Shown here: piece after piece, positions 42,095-55,279 of the stretch
How positions within the stretch are numbered: the first letter of the stretch is position 1
Layout of the letters: each line of letters opens with the position of its first letter
NCBI GenBank assembly: GCA_964016885.1
Contig: CAXHJY010001125.1
Location: forward strand, 208,032-272,031
Length of the DNA: 64,000 bases
Direction: 5' to 3'
From: Eledone cirrhosa
Taxonomy: Eukaryota
The notes under the pieces: model-generated
Told to the model about the DNA's origin: nothing
Seen by the model: only the letters and a program-made list of their open reading frames with translations
Databases searched by the model: none
Position numbers and translations under genes: made by a program

Positions 42095-43000
42095 TATACC
42101 ACCCGTAAAAAAGGTCAAACTCTATACCGCCTGTAAAAAAGGTCAAACTCTATACCACCCATAAAAAAGGGAAAACTCTATACCACCTGTAAAAAAGGTC
42201 AAACTCTATACCAACCGTAAAAAAGGTCAAACTCTATACTGCCTGTAAAAAAGGTCAAACTCTATACCACCCATAAAAAAGGTCAAACTCTATACCGTCT
42301 GTAAAAAAAGGTCAAACTCTATACTGTCTGTAAAAAAAAGGGCAAACTCTATACCGTCTGTAAAAAAGGTCAAACTCTATACTGCCTGTAAAAAAGGTCA
42401 AACTCTATACCACCCATAAAAAAGGGAAAACTCTATACTGCCTGTAAAAAAGGTTAAACTCTATACCGTCTGTAAAAAAGGTCAAACTCTATACCGTCTG
42501 TAAAAAAGGGCAAACTCTATACCGCCTGTAAAAAAGGGCAAAGTCTATACCGTCTGTAAAAAAAGGTCAAACTCTATACCGTCTGTAAAAAAAGGTCAAA
42601 CTCTATACCGTCTGTAAAAAAAGGTCAAACTCTATACCGTCTGTAAAAAAAGGTCAAACTCTATACCGCCTGTAAAAAAGGTTAAACTCTATACCGTCTG
42701 TAAAAAAAGGTCAAACTCTATACTGTCTGTAAAAAAAGGGCAAACTCTATACCGTCTGTAAAAAAGGTCAAACTCTATACCGCCTGTAAAAAAGGTCAAA
42801 CTCTATACCGCCTGTAAAAAAGGTTAAACTCTATACCGTCTGTAAAAAAAGGTCAAACTCTATACCGTCTGTAAAAAAGGGCAAACTCTATACCGCCTGT
42901 AAAAAAGGTTAAACTCTATACCGCCTGTAAAAAAGAGCAATGTCTATACCATCTGTAAAGAAAGTAAACACTATACCAGCTGTAAAAAAGGGCAAACTGT
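42095..43000. repeat. About 29-bp minisatellite
   Basis: (aaactctataccgtctgtaaaaaaggtc)n with variable poly-A length. Confidence 0.96.
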
Positions 43001-43203
43001 ATAAACACTGCCCTCGACTGGTACTTTATTAACCAGGATGAAAGACAAAGTAGATGTCGAAAGTATTTGAACAGAGAACACAGTGAGCTGGAAAAGGTAG
43101 AAGATATTTTGTGAGTAACAAATAGTAATTAATTCCAGGTAATTTCAGGTAAGAGCCGTGTTAGAAGTATTTTCAAGTATCATTCGATAAACGTAGAACT
43201 TAC

Positions 43204-43350
43204 CAAGACAAAGAGGTTTGTCTGTCCATTGAAGGGGGTAATTCTGGATGGAAATACCTTCATTTTTTCCTAAAGTAAGTTGGTTATCAAATAATTTAGC
43301 AACAAGCGGGTCAGTCCTTGTACAATCCCAAGGTAACAATTCTTTTAAGG
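43204..43350 (-). pseudogene. VPS39: Degenerate tandem duplicate of the 184-nt VPS39 exon
   Basis: LKELLPWDCTRTDPLVAKLFDNQLTLGKNEGISIQNYPLQWTDKPLCL followed by gtaag. Has a 24-nt in-frame deletion; the acceptor is replaced by a mini-MITE carrying an in-frame TAA. Confidence 0.85.
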
Positions 43351-43549
43351 TTTAACCCTTTATATATAGAATAATGTATATATAGAATAAGGTAAATGCT
43401 AAAGGGTTAAAGAAAGACAGCTGTCAGTCCTTGTGCTGTAATTTGGGAAAGCTAATAATTAGAAACTGCTAGATTTAGTCAGTCCTAGTAACATATGTTA
43501 CAAATGAAAACACTGAGATTGCTAACATAGATCTTTATAATTGTTGCTT

Positions 43550-44240
43550 TTATGTGAGATAATTATGTGAGATATTATGTAAGATAAAGCCTTTACCGTG
43601 AAAATACAATAGTAAATATAGAGTAATGTAAATGTTATGTGAGATATTATGTGAGGTAAAGCCTTTACTGCGAAAATACAATAGTATATATAGAGTAATG
43701 TAAATGTTATGTGAGATATTATGTGAGGTAAAGCCTTTACCGTGAAAATACAATAGTATATATAGAGTAATGTAAATGTTATGTGAGATATTATGTGAAG
43801 TAAAGCCTTTACTGTGAAAATACAATAGTATATATAGAGTAATGTGAATGTTATGTGAGATATTATGTGAGGTAAAGCCTTTACTGTGAAAATACAATAG
43901 TATATATAGAGTAATGTAAATGTTATGTGAGATATTATGTGAGGTAAAGCCTTTACTGTGAAAATACAATAGTATATATAGAGTAATGTAAATGTTATGT
44001 GAAATATTATGCGAGGTAAAGCCTTTACTGTGAAAATACAATAGTATATATAGAGTAATGTAAATGTTAAGTGAGATATTATGTGAGGTAAAGCCCTTAC
44101 TGTGAAAATACAATAGTATATATAGAGTAATGTAAATGTTATGTGAGATATTATGTGAGGTAAAGCCTTTACTGTGAAAATACAATAGTATATATAGAGT
44201 AATGTAAATGTTAAGTGAGATATTATGTGAGGTAAAGCAT
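43550..44240. repeat. About 70-bp tandem expansion of a MITE segment
   Basis: tgtgagatattatgtgaggtaaagcctttactgtgaaaatacaatag... repeated, ending in the MITE terminus aaagggtt. Confidence 0.92.
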
Positions 44241-44747
44241 TTACTAGGGTAATGTAAATGCTAAAGGGTTTAAACAACATTAGTCATGAAACTAATATCG
44301 TCTTCTCCTCACTATATATTTCCAATTAGATTCTCAATATGTAGTGCATTCAATACGTTAGATTGTTACACATGAAATGTCATATTGTTTCTATCGCAGG
44401 GAGGGGGCACAAGCCCCCCAGCAATTTGAAGGGAAGAGAGGAAAGTTAAAGTGGATTAAATCAACTGCAGTGCATTACTGGTATTTTATTTTATCAACCC
44501 CGTAAGGATGAAAAGCAAAGCTAACCTCGGTGGGATTTGAACTCAGAATGTAAAGGGCAGTAACTACATGCTGCAAAGCATAGTCTCCGACGCTTTGCCA
44601 ATAATTTAATCTAGGCACAAGGCCTGCAATTTATGGGGTGGAGGGGGTTGATTACAACAACCCCAATATTTCACTGGTACTTCACTTTATCAACCCATGA
44701 AAGACAAAGTTGATCTCAGCAGGGTTTGGACAAATGTTGTGAAGCCT

Positions 44748-45253
44748 TTTATCTGATGGTCTAACAACCCTGTCTATCTGATGGTCTAACAACCCTGTCT
44801 ATCTGATGGTCTAACAACCCTGTCTATCTGATGGTCTAACAATCCCATCTATCTGATGGTCTAACAACCCTGTCTATCTGATGGTCTAACAATCCTGTCT
44901 ATCTGATGGTCTAACAATCCCATCTATATGATGGTCTAACAACCCTGTTTATCTGATGGTCTAACAACCCTGTCTATCTGATGGTCTAACAACCCTGTTT
45001 ATCTGATGGTCTAACAATCCCATCTATCTGATGGTCTAACAATCTCATCTATCTGATGGTCTAACAATCCTGTCTATCTGATGGTCTAACAATCCTGTCT
45101 ATCTGATGGTCTAACAATCCCATCTATCTGATGGTCTAACAATCCTGTCTATCTGATGGTCTAACAATCCTGTCTATCTGATGGTCTAACAATCCCATCT
45201 ATCTGATGGTCTAACAATCCCATCTATCTGATGGTCTAACAATCCTGTCTATC
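44748..45253. repeat. 25-bp minisatellite
   Basis: (atctgatggtctaacaaccctgtct)n. Confidence 0.96.
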
Positions 45254-46181
45254 ACCTTCATATATAAATTGTTTCTATTTTAGGCACAAGGCCAGCAATT
45301 ACCCAGTGCATTACTGGTACTTTATTTTATCGACCCCGTAAGGATGAAAGGCAAAGTCAACCTCGGCGGGATTTGAACTCAGATCGTAAAGGGACGTAAC
45401 TATGGTGGAAAGCATGGCGTCCGACCCTCTACCGATACTGCCAATCCACCGCCCTTATAAATAATAAACTCTAAAGATGGCTTCATTTACATGATTATAT
45501 TTATTTGTAGATTCAATGTAAATAAAGTGATAATTCAATATTAATGGTGAACATTGAACCCTTAATAACAATGGTTGATATTGAAGATCTAACAGCCATT
45601 TCCATGTATTAATTGAGGTTAGGTCACAATTGTAACTGAAGCTGTTAATAACATTTCAGTGGGAAAACAGCAATACTGGACAGACTGTTCAATATTGGTT
45701 CAATAAGTTGAAATCTGGCAATATTGATACCAATAACTGTTCAATATTGGTTCAATAAGTTAAAATCTGGCAAAGCTAAAAGGTAAAGTTGACCATGGTG
45801 AGATTTAATCTCTGATCACAGAAAGCCAGATCAAATACTGTGAGTCATTTTGTTCTATGGTCTAAAAAAGTCAATAGAAGATCATCATCTTTAAAATAAC
45901 TTAAACTGATCCATTTAGTAATGAATGAAAGACTCATCTTTTCTAACTATTAACACACTGGGCATTATCATTTGATCAGCAATATATAACAGATAGTGGA
46001 AGACAGTGGAAGATAGTGGAAGATAGTGGAAGATAGTGGAAGACAGTGGAAGACAGTGGATAGTGGCAGACAGTGGAAGTTAGTGGAAGATAGTCGTATA
46101 TAGTAATATATAGTGAGAGATAATCTAAGGTAAAATAGCATTAAAGATATTTTGAAGTATCATTCTATAAATATAACTTAC

Positions 46182-46365
46182 CAAGAGCAATAGGAATGTC
46201 TGTCCATTGAAGAGGATATTTCTGGCTTGGTGAACCTTCTTCATCAATAAAGATAGACATTTCATTTCTTCCTAAAGTGATTTGGTTATCAGATAATTTA
46301 GCAACAAGTGGTTCACTTCTTTTACCTCCTAAAGAGAAGAGTTCTTTTAAGTTTCCATCATTTAC
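46182..46365 (-). CDS. VPS39: VPS39 exon
   Basis: VNDGNLKELFSLGGKRSEPLVAKLSDNQITLGRNEMSIFIDEEGSPSQKYPLQWTDIPIAL. 184 nt. Confidence 0.94.
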
Positions 46366-46392
46366 CTAATAAGAAAAAGACATATATATATG

Positions 46393-46424
<32 letters not shown>

Positions 46425-46965
46425 ATGCAAGCATGGAAAATAGATATTAAATGATGATGATGATGATGAATTAACCTAGGTATTCCTCATTTTAGTAAAC
46501 AGTACCGTAAGTACCGTATAAACTTGAATATAAGTTGAGGAATATGTAACAAAAATAGATGGCAGAAGGAGAGAAGATGGCTTATATTCAGGGTTAATAT
46601 TTTGATGATTTTCACCAACTTTAAATTCTACATAAGGTTTGGATTTCTGCCCATTTCTCAGACATAAAATAGTGGGGTCAGCTTATACTTCAGTAGGTGA
46701 CAGTCGATCGACTTTTGTCTAGAATAAGCTTAAAAAGAATTTATTATATCAAATAAACAAAAATAAAATATAGATGTTTGAAAAAGTGGGGGGAACTTGT
46801 CCCCTGGTACCTCCCTGAAACAAGGCCCTTGGTGGTGATGATGATTTCCAAATTATATTGAAAATTATATCTAATGTCGTTAATTGTAGGTAATGTTAAT
46901 TAGAAATGTGAAATATTATAACAAAAACGTCAGGGATTATCAAATATACAAAGACATTAACTTAC

Positions 46966-47058
46966 TTTTATCACAAAATATTCTCGTTTGAATCCTACAA
47001 AAATGGAATCATTACACCAACTCATAGCTCGGGGAGTGTCATAAAGAGATAAATCAGG
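46966..47058 (-). CDS. VPS39: VPS39 exon
   Basis: PDLSLYDTPRAMSWCNDSIFVGFKREYFVIK. 93 nt. Confidence 0.94.
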
Positions 47059-47483
47059 CTGAAAGGAAAAATTAAAATTATTAAATAATTAGATAATTAC
47101 CAGAAAAATTTAAATTATTAAATAATTAGATAATTACCAGAAAAAATAATTGTTTCTAATGAGAAAAAATAGTGGAGTCACATTGATTAATATTTAAAGT
47201 AGAAGACGAGTCATAGTAGAACAATTCTTGTGATATTGTCATAAAAGGATTGGCAGTAATTGGTGGAGCATCGGACAACATGAATTGTGGCACAGAGTTA
47301 TGGCCCTTTACGACGATCTGAGTTCAAATCCTTCCGAGGTTAGCTGTGCTTTTCATCCTATCAATTCTAGTCCCCAGGCTCCAGTTTTGTTCCCCCCCAC
47401 AAACACTATCAATGTTACTGACCCCCCAGGCAACAATCTATTTCCCATCACCTCTCACAATACTCACTCCAAGAACAACAAAG

Positions 47484-48230
47484 ATGATGACGATGATGAT
47501 GGTGACAGTGATGTTGATGATGGTGATGATGGTGATGATGGTGATGGTGACGATGATGTTGATGATGGTGGTGGTGATGATGGTGACGATGATGTTGATG
47601 ATGGTGGTGGTGATGATGGTGATGATGATGATGATGGTGACAGTGATGTTGATGATGGTGGTGGTGATGATGGTGATGATGATGGTGACGATGTTGATGA
47701 TGGTGGTGGTGATGATGATGATGGTGACAATGACACGGTAATGATGACAATAATGACGGTGGTGATGATGATGGTGACAATGATGGTGACAATAATGACG
47801 GTGGTGATGGTGACAATGGTGATGATGACTGATGACGACAATGATGACAATGATGACGACGGTGATGATGACTGATGATGGTGGCGACGACAATGATGAC
47901 GGTGGTGACGCTGACAATGATGGTGACGGTGATGACGATGACGGTGGTGACGCTGACAATGGTGACGGTGGTGACGCTGGTGACGATGACGGTGGTGACG
48001 GTGGTGACGCTGACAATGATGACGGTGGTGACGATGACAATGACGATGGTGACGCTGACAATGATGACGGTGGTGACGCTGACAATGATGACGGTGGTGA
48101 CGATGACAATGATGACGGTGGTGACGATGACAATGATGACGGTGGTGATGACAATGATGACGGTGGTGACGCTGACAATGATGGTGACGGTGATGACAAT
48201 GATGACGGTGGTGACGCTGACAATGGTGAC
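47484..48230. repeat. GAT/GGT/GAC trinucleotide low complexity
   Basis: Source of the poly-D/G/H/S ORFs. Confidence 0.95.
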
Positions 48231-48265
48231 AATATTGGGAATATTTAGCAAACCAATTAACTTAC

Positions 48266-48304
48266 TTGCATTTCTTTAAATTCCCGATTCCTCCAATAAT
48301 ACAA
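48266..48304 (-). CDS. VPS39: VPS39 exon
   Basis: LYYWRNREFKEMQ. 39 nt, tttcag/gtaagt. Confidence 0.92.
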
Positions 48305-48494
48305 CTGAAAAATGGAAGAATTCCGACAATAAATCAATATTTCACAATTATTGAATATGACAGACTTTTATAAACATCATGGAGGTCTTTATAAGGCAAT
48401 GTTTTATAACAACAGTAATTTTTTGAAGGTGATGCTCCAGCATGGTCACAGTCTAATGATTGAAAACTAGTAAAAAAGAAGAAGCAGCTATTAC

Positions 48495-48557
48495 CTGGAT
48501 TTTTTTCTTGACAGCAACACACAGTCTTAAGTGTTGCTGTTTATTTGCATCAGGACT
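48495..48557 (-). CDS. VPS39: VPS39 exon
   Basis: SPDANKQQHLRLCVAVKKKIQ. 63 nt, AG/GT flanks. Confidence 0.92.
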
Positions 48558-48875
48558 CTGAATAAAACAGAAACATAAAATGGAAATTATTAATAATGTA
48601 AATTTAATAATTGTTTCTACTATTGGCACAAGGCCAGCAATTACCCCAGTGCATTACTGGTACTTTATTTTATCGACCCCGTAAGGATGAAAGGCAAAGT
48701 TAACCTCGGCGGGATTTGAAAAATAAATAACTGTTTCTACTTTAGGCACAAGGCCAGCAATTACCCCAGTGTAATACTGGTACTTTATTTTATCGACCCC
48801 GTAAAGATGAAAGGCAAAGTTAACCTCGGCGGGATTTGAACACAGAATGGTAAGAGCCGTAAGTCTATACGTCAA

Positions 48876-49098
48876 AACATGGTGTCCGACCCTCTACCAA
48901 TATTGCCAATCCACCGCCCTAACATGGTGTCCGACCCTTTACCAATACTGCCAATCCACCGCCCTAACATGGTGTCCGATCCTCTACCAATATTGCCAAT
49001 CCACCGCCCTAACATGGTGTCCGATCCTTTACCAATACTGCCAATCCACCGCCCTAACATGGTGTCCGATCCTCTACCAATATTGCCAATCCACCGCC
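48876..49098. repeat. 45-bp x5 tandem copy of the SINE B head
   Basis: aacatggtgtccgaccctctaccaatattgccaatccaccgccct. Confidence 0.93.
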
Positions 49099-49611
49099 AA
49101 TTTAATAATGTAAATATTTAATTAATGTAAATTTTATCATGTAAAGAATTGATATAAAAATAGAAGCTTCGCCGTAGTATTTCTTTACTATGTTTTGGGC
49201 AACAGGCCAGCAATTACCCCAGTGTATTACTGGTACTTTATTTTATCGACCCTGTAAGGATGAAAGGCAAAGTTAACCTCGGCGGGATTTGAACTCAGAA
49301 CATAAAGGGCCGTAAATCTATGCTGGAAAGCATGGCGTCCGACCCTCTACCGATACTGCCAATTCACCACAATATTCTTTTACTATAATATCATCTAATA
49401 ATGGGGCATATCTCATCTTTTTATATTCAGTGGCTTTATATGCCCCATCATTAGACTAGATTATGTAGTCAATGTTACAGCAAAGCTTTCAGTTCTATTT
49501 CAAGTCGAAACTTTACTTGCCACATTACAAACATACTTCCTTTATTATGTAAATATTTTATTATGAAACCACCCTTCGCTTTAAAACCCTAACCTAAAGT
49601 GTCTTCAATCA

Positions 49612-49960
49612 TTACCACTTTACAGAGTGTACTGGGTGTATTTTATCATGGCACCAACACTACCGCTTTACAGAGTGTACTGGGTGCATTTTATCATGGC
49701 ACCAACACTACCGCTTTACAGAGTGCACTGGGTGCATTGTATCATGGGACCAGCACTACCGCTTTACAGAGTGTACTGGGTGCATTTTATCATGACACCA
49801 GCACTACCACTTTACAGTGTGTACTGGGTGCATTTTATCATGACACCAGCACTACCGCTTTACAGAGTGTACTGGGTGCATTTTATCATGACACCAGCAC
49901 TACCGCTTTACAGAGTGTACTGGGTGCATTTTATCATGACACCAGCACTACCACTTTACA
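49612..49960. repeat. About 48-bp tandem repeat (inverted relative at 35270-35485)
   Basis: tacagagtgtactgggtgcattttatcatgacaccagcactaccgctt units. Confidence 0.92.
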
Positions 49961-50117
49961 CAGGAATTTTATTGTAGCACAAGCACTAGATAGAGATACT
50001 AAGTCTTTAATTGGTGACAATAAGATAGTCAACAATCTAAAAATATATAATCTTATAAAATAACAAAAGTCATCATAAATATTTAGAAAAAAATGGTTTT
50101 TAAAAAAATTCTTTTAC

Positions 50118-50212
50118 CTTCGCATCAACAGCAAACAATGTTGCCCCTTTGGTACGACTCATTATCGTTAATAATCCAAATGTTGACAGATCATGAACAC
50201 TTATCACATTGT
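50118..50212 (-). CDS. VPS39: VPS39 exon (CNH domain)
   Basis: DNVISVHDLSTFGLLTIMSRTKGATLFAVDAK. 95 nt, AG/GT flanks. Confidence 0.93.
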
Positions 50213-50689
50213 CTGAATTGAAGAGGAAAAAGAAAAGAGAATAATGACATTAATCATTTTGTTACTATATTTTTAACAGAAAAATATATATTTGAAGCTA
50301 ACACTTTAGCATTTAAACTGGCCATATCCAGCCAGAACTCTCTCACCTCTTTCTGTTCAAACCGGCTGTAACTAGCCACTCATACCTACATTAAGGTATT
50401 GTTCTCAAAATAAATAACATCAAAATCTCATAGATTCAATATTGTGAGGTAAAGCCTTTACCACAAAAATACAATAGTATATATAGAGTAATGTAAATGT
50501 TAAAGGGTTAACCCTTTAGCATTTAAACTGGCCAGAATTCTCTCAACTCTTTCTGTTCAAACCAGCTGTAACTGGTCACTCACACTTATGTTAAGGTATT
50601 GTTCTCAAAATAAATAATATCAAAATCTCAAGATTCGATATGATGTGAGATAATTATGTAAGGTAAAGCCTTTACCACAAAATTATATA

Positions 50690-51285
50690 TACCACAATAG
50701 TATATATACCACAAAAGTATATATACCACAATAGTATATATACCACAGTAGTATATATACCACAAAAGTATATATACCACAATAGTATATATACCACAGT
50801 AGTATATATACCACAATAGTATATATACCACAATAGTATATATACCACAATAGTATATATACCACAATAGTATATATACCACAATAGTATATATACCACA
50901 ATAGTATATATACCACAGTAGTATATATACCACAGTAGTATATATACCACAATAGTGTATATACCACAATAGTATATATACCACAATAGTATATATACCA
51001 CAATAGTATATATACCACAATAGTATATATACCACAATAGTATATATACCACAATAGTGTATATACCACAATAGTGTATATACCACAATAGTGTATATAC
51101 CACAATAGTATATATACCACAGTAGTATATATACCACTATAGTATATATACCACAATAGTATATATACCACAATAGTATATATACCACAAAAGTATATAT
51201 ACCACAATAGTATATATACCACAATAGTATATATACCACAAAAGTATATATACCACAATAGTATATATACCACAATAGTATATAT
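50690..51285. repeat. 17-bp array inside a piggyBac-type MITE
   Basis: (ccacaatagtatatata)n between intact MITE halves. Confidence 0.95.
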
Positions 51286-52157
51286 AGAGTAATGTAAATA
51301 CTAGAGGGTTAAATGAACATTGTTGCCGCTGATCAAGATGAAGCAAGAGTATATTTAAATATACAGAAAAATGAGAAAAACTCATCGCGAGAACAGCTGT
51401 TAAAACAGCGAAATGCTGCCAATGATAGTGATGGGCAAAAATACCTCAGCGGACAGAGACCAGTGAGTAGTGGTCCGCTGAGAGACAATCCACAAGGTGG
51501 GTGACAGGCAGGTGAAATATAGAAAAGCAATTTACTTTGATCTCTGATCTGCCTTTTCTGTTTGTTTTATCACACACGCATCATACCAGCAGAAAGATTT
51601 ATTTTTTTCTGTTGCACCATCCAGCATTTTAAAATGGTACTCTCAATTAAAACCATGTAAAATCATTTTGCTGGTCTGAGAGCTGATGAGGGTGAAGAAG
51701 ATTATCATCATCATCATCATTTTACGTCTGCTTTTTCCCTGCTTGCAAAGGTGGGGCGAGAACTGATTCTAGCTTGATTTCTACAGCTGGATGCCCTTCC
51801 TAACACCAACCTCATTTACAGTGAGTGCTGGGTGTTTTTTTGCCATGGCACCTCCACGACCACTTTACAGTGGAATGATATGGACCCCAGTCCCTATCAT
51901 CTCATTTCTACAGCTGAGTAAACTGGAGCAATGTGAAATAAAGTATCTTGCTCAAGGAAACAACACATCACCCGGTCTGAGAATTGAACTCACAACCTTT
52001 CGATTGCAAGGCCAATGCTCTAACCACTAAGCCATGTGCCTCCAGATGTGCGTGTGAACTTGTCTTGTACATTGCCTTTCTTTATTTCCTTCTTCCAGTC
52101 ACTTTTATGCACCAACACACTTCTTATTCTCCTCTTTTCTCAATCTTTTCTCTATTT

Positions 52158-52412
52158 CATCTTAGACAAATGTCTTCACCTCACAACCACATACTTACAA
52201 GTTTCATCTTACTACATCTTAGACAAATGTCTTCACCTCACAACCACATACTTACAAGTTTCATCTTACTACAACATCTTAGACAAACGTCTTCACCTCA
52301 CAACCACATACTTACAAGTTTCATCTTACTACAACATCTTAGACAAACGTCTTCACCTCACAACCACATACTTACAAGTTTCATCTTACTACAACACCTT
52401 AGACAAATGTCT
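52158..52412. repeat. 60-bp tandem repeat, about 4 copies
   Basis: Lines 52261 and 52321 are identical. Confidence 0.93.
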
Positions 52413-52504
52413 TCTACTGTAGCCTCTTACTATGGGAGAATGTAAGCTAAAGGACTGATAATGATGCAAGTGTAATGCTAAAGACACAATTTCTGTATAC
52501 TAAC

Positions 52505-52550
52505 CAGACAGACTAACCAGGATATATTCTTCATCTGTTATTGCACACAG
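52505..52550 (-). CDS. VPS39: VPS39 exon
   Basis: ttttag|...|gttagt. LCAITDEEYILVSLS. 46 nt, bridges phase 0 to 1. Confidence 0.85.
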
Positions 52551-52986
52551 CTAAAAAGAGTAAATTAAACAAACTTGGTTATGATGGTAATTGTCATAAA
52601 AAATTGTCAAACAAGTTGTAAAACTGAAACTATAAACTTTTTTCCTTATTAATATGGTTTTTGGAGAGAATAATTTAACGAAGGTTCTTACATAAAATTA
52701 AGATGGCTGGTTCAATCATTAGAAATTAAGTCCTCCATTTTAAAGGTTTCCAAAATAAATTAAAATCTTCCAACATAATTTTATATAAGAACATTACATT
52801 AAGTTACTATCTTAGTAATGAAATAATAATTTCCGTAAGTCCCTCAAAATTCTTCATTAATTAATTGAAATACAATGATGATGATGATGATGATCACTTT
52901 AAAACAAACACTGTAGTATGAGAGAACCGGGGCCAATTTCAGACAGTTTAGTATCAAAGGGGTTTAATAAATAAAAGAGAACTTAC

Positions 52987-53051
52987 TTGAGTGATTGGTT
53001 TTTTAGCAAATGACTTGTTGGATCCTTCCAACTGAATGGTGAATTTATTCT
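52987..53051 (-). CDS. VPS39: VPS39 exon
   Basis: cacag|...|gtaagt. ENKFTIQLEGSNKSFAKKPITQ. 65 nt, phase-compatible with neighbours. Confidence 0.92.
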
Positions 53052-53769
53052 CTGTGAAAAACCAAATTTACAATAATGTCAGCGAAAGATACATGTATAA
53101 AATATTTCACAGATTTAAACAATAAAATAGCATTTCTTCTTCTTCGCCCACTTATTCCTAAGAGGGTCGTGGGGACAGAGTCCTCAAACATTCCCTTCAG
53201 CAGGTCCTGTCAGAAGCAACATTCTCTAACTGATCCAGCTGGATCCCCAATTATAACTAGCCAAGCTCATGGATGTTATCCAACCATCTTGCTCGGGGTC
53301 TACCCCTGAGTCTCCTGCCAGTTGGTTTTGCGCCCGTAAGATCTGTCCAGCAATTCTTTCCTGAGACATTCTAACCACATGTCCATAGTATCAGAGCTGT
53401 GATCTCTCAATTCGGAAAAATAACAGATCTACCTGGAGTGACTCACTGATCTCTGAGCTACAAATCTGTCCAGTAATACTTTCCTGAGACATTCTAACCA
53501 CATGTCCATAGTATTGGAGCTGTGATCTCTCAATTCAGAGAAGTAATGGCTCTACCTGGAGTGACTCTCTGACCCCCGAGCTGCACACTCAATCGAGTAA
53601 CGTTACTCTAAAGACCCTTTGGAGGAACACCATTTCTGTCACTTGTATTCACAAGCATATTCTTTCAGTCATTACCTAAAGATTCATGACCATAAAGGTT
53701 GGCACAAATATTTGTGAATAATAAAAATGATGTTCAAACATTCCTTTCTATAATAGGATGCCCTTCCCA

Positions 53770-55005
53770 TCACCAATCACCTTACAGGGTGTACTGGGTA
53801 CATTCATTGAGTAGGCCACCAACACAAGAGAAGTTGTTGCACCATTGATGCACCAGAAGGGTCCTATAAGGGTTTCTATAGCAGGGTGCATCACCAAGCA
53901 CCTTACAGAGTGTACTGGGTACATTCATTGAGTAGGCCACCAACACTAGAGAAGTTGTTGCACCATTGATGCACCAGAAGGGTCCTATAAGGGTTTCTAT
54001 AGCAGGGTGCATCACCAATCACCTTACAGGGTGCACTGGGTACATTCATTGAGTAGGCCACCAACACTAGAGAAGTTGTTGCACCATTGATGCACCAGAA
54101 GGGTCCTATAAGGGTTTCTATAGCAGGGTGCATCACCAAGCACCTTACAGGGTGTACTGGGTACATTCATTGAGTAGGCCACCAACACAAGAGAAGTTGT
54201 TGCACCATTGATGCACCAGAAGGGTCCTATAAGGGTTTCTATAGCAGGGTGCATCACCAAGCACCTTACAGAGTGTACTGGGTACATTCATTGAGTAGGC
54301 CACCAACACTAGAGAAGTTGTTGCACCATTGATGCACCAGAAGGGTCCTATAAGGGTTTCTATAGCAGGGTGCATCACCAATCACCTTACAGGGTGTACT
54401 GGGTACATTCATTGAGTAGGCCACCAACACTAGAGAAGTTGTTGCACCATTGATGCACCAGAAGGGTCCTATAAGGGTTTCTATAGCAGGGTGCATCACC
54501 AAGCACCTTACAGAGTGTACTGGGTACATTCATTGAGTAGGCCACCAACACTAGAGAAGTTGTTGCACCATTGATGCACCAGAAGGGTCCTATAAGGGTT
54601 TCTATAGCAGGGTGCATCACCAAGCACCTTACAGAGTGTACTGGGTACATTCATTGAGTAGGCCACCAACACTAGAGAAGTTGTTGCACCATTGATGTAC
54701 CAGAAGGGTCCTATAAGGGTTTCTATAGCAGGGTGCATCACCAAGCACCTTACAGGGTGTACTGGGTACATTCATTGAGTAGGCCACCAACACTAGAGAA
54801 GTTGTTGCACCATTGATGCACCAGAAGGGTCCTATAAGGGTTTCTATAGCAGGGTGCATCACCAATCACCTTACAGGGTGTACTGGGTACATTCATTGAG
54901 TAGGCCTCCAACACTAGAGAAGTTGTTGCACCATTGATGCACCAGAAGGGTCCTATAAGGGTTTCTATAGCAGGGTGCATCACCGAGCACCTTACAGAGT
55001 GTACC
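53770..55005. repeat. 121-bp satellite, about 10 copies
   Basis: Near-identical units with period 121. Confidence 0.97.
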
Positions 55006-55160
55006 GACGGCATTTCTGTGGTACCAACACCAGAGAGGTTGTCAAATATTGCCCTAACTGAAGAACCCTCTCTGCTATGCAAGGATGGGAAAGAGGAGAG
55101 AAGATCAATAAACATGAAGTTATGAATGTAGGAATTGTAAAATAATATATCAAATAATAC

Positions 55161-55232
55161 CTTGGTCTTTATCTTTGCTGATTTTATACTGTAAAAGATG
55201 CCCTTGTTTTGTTCCAACCAAGAGCACATCCT
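55161..55232 (-). CDS. VPS39: VPS39 coding exon (first one found; probably exon 2)
   Basis: tttcag|AG GAT GTG...CAA G|gtatta. Translates DVLLVGTKQGHLLQYKISKDKDQ, matching the VPS39 N-terminal LLVGTKQGHLL. 72 nt, phase 1/1. Confidence 0.93.
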
Positions 55233-55279
55233 CTGAAATACAAAAGAAATTGTTTAACATTTGTAGATGTTTAACATTG

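Noticed and set aside
47285-48279. Asp/Gly- or His-rich ORFs
   Set aside because: Trinucleotide microsatellite inside a VPS39 intron.
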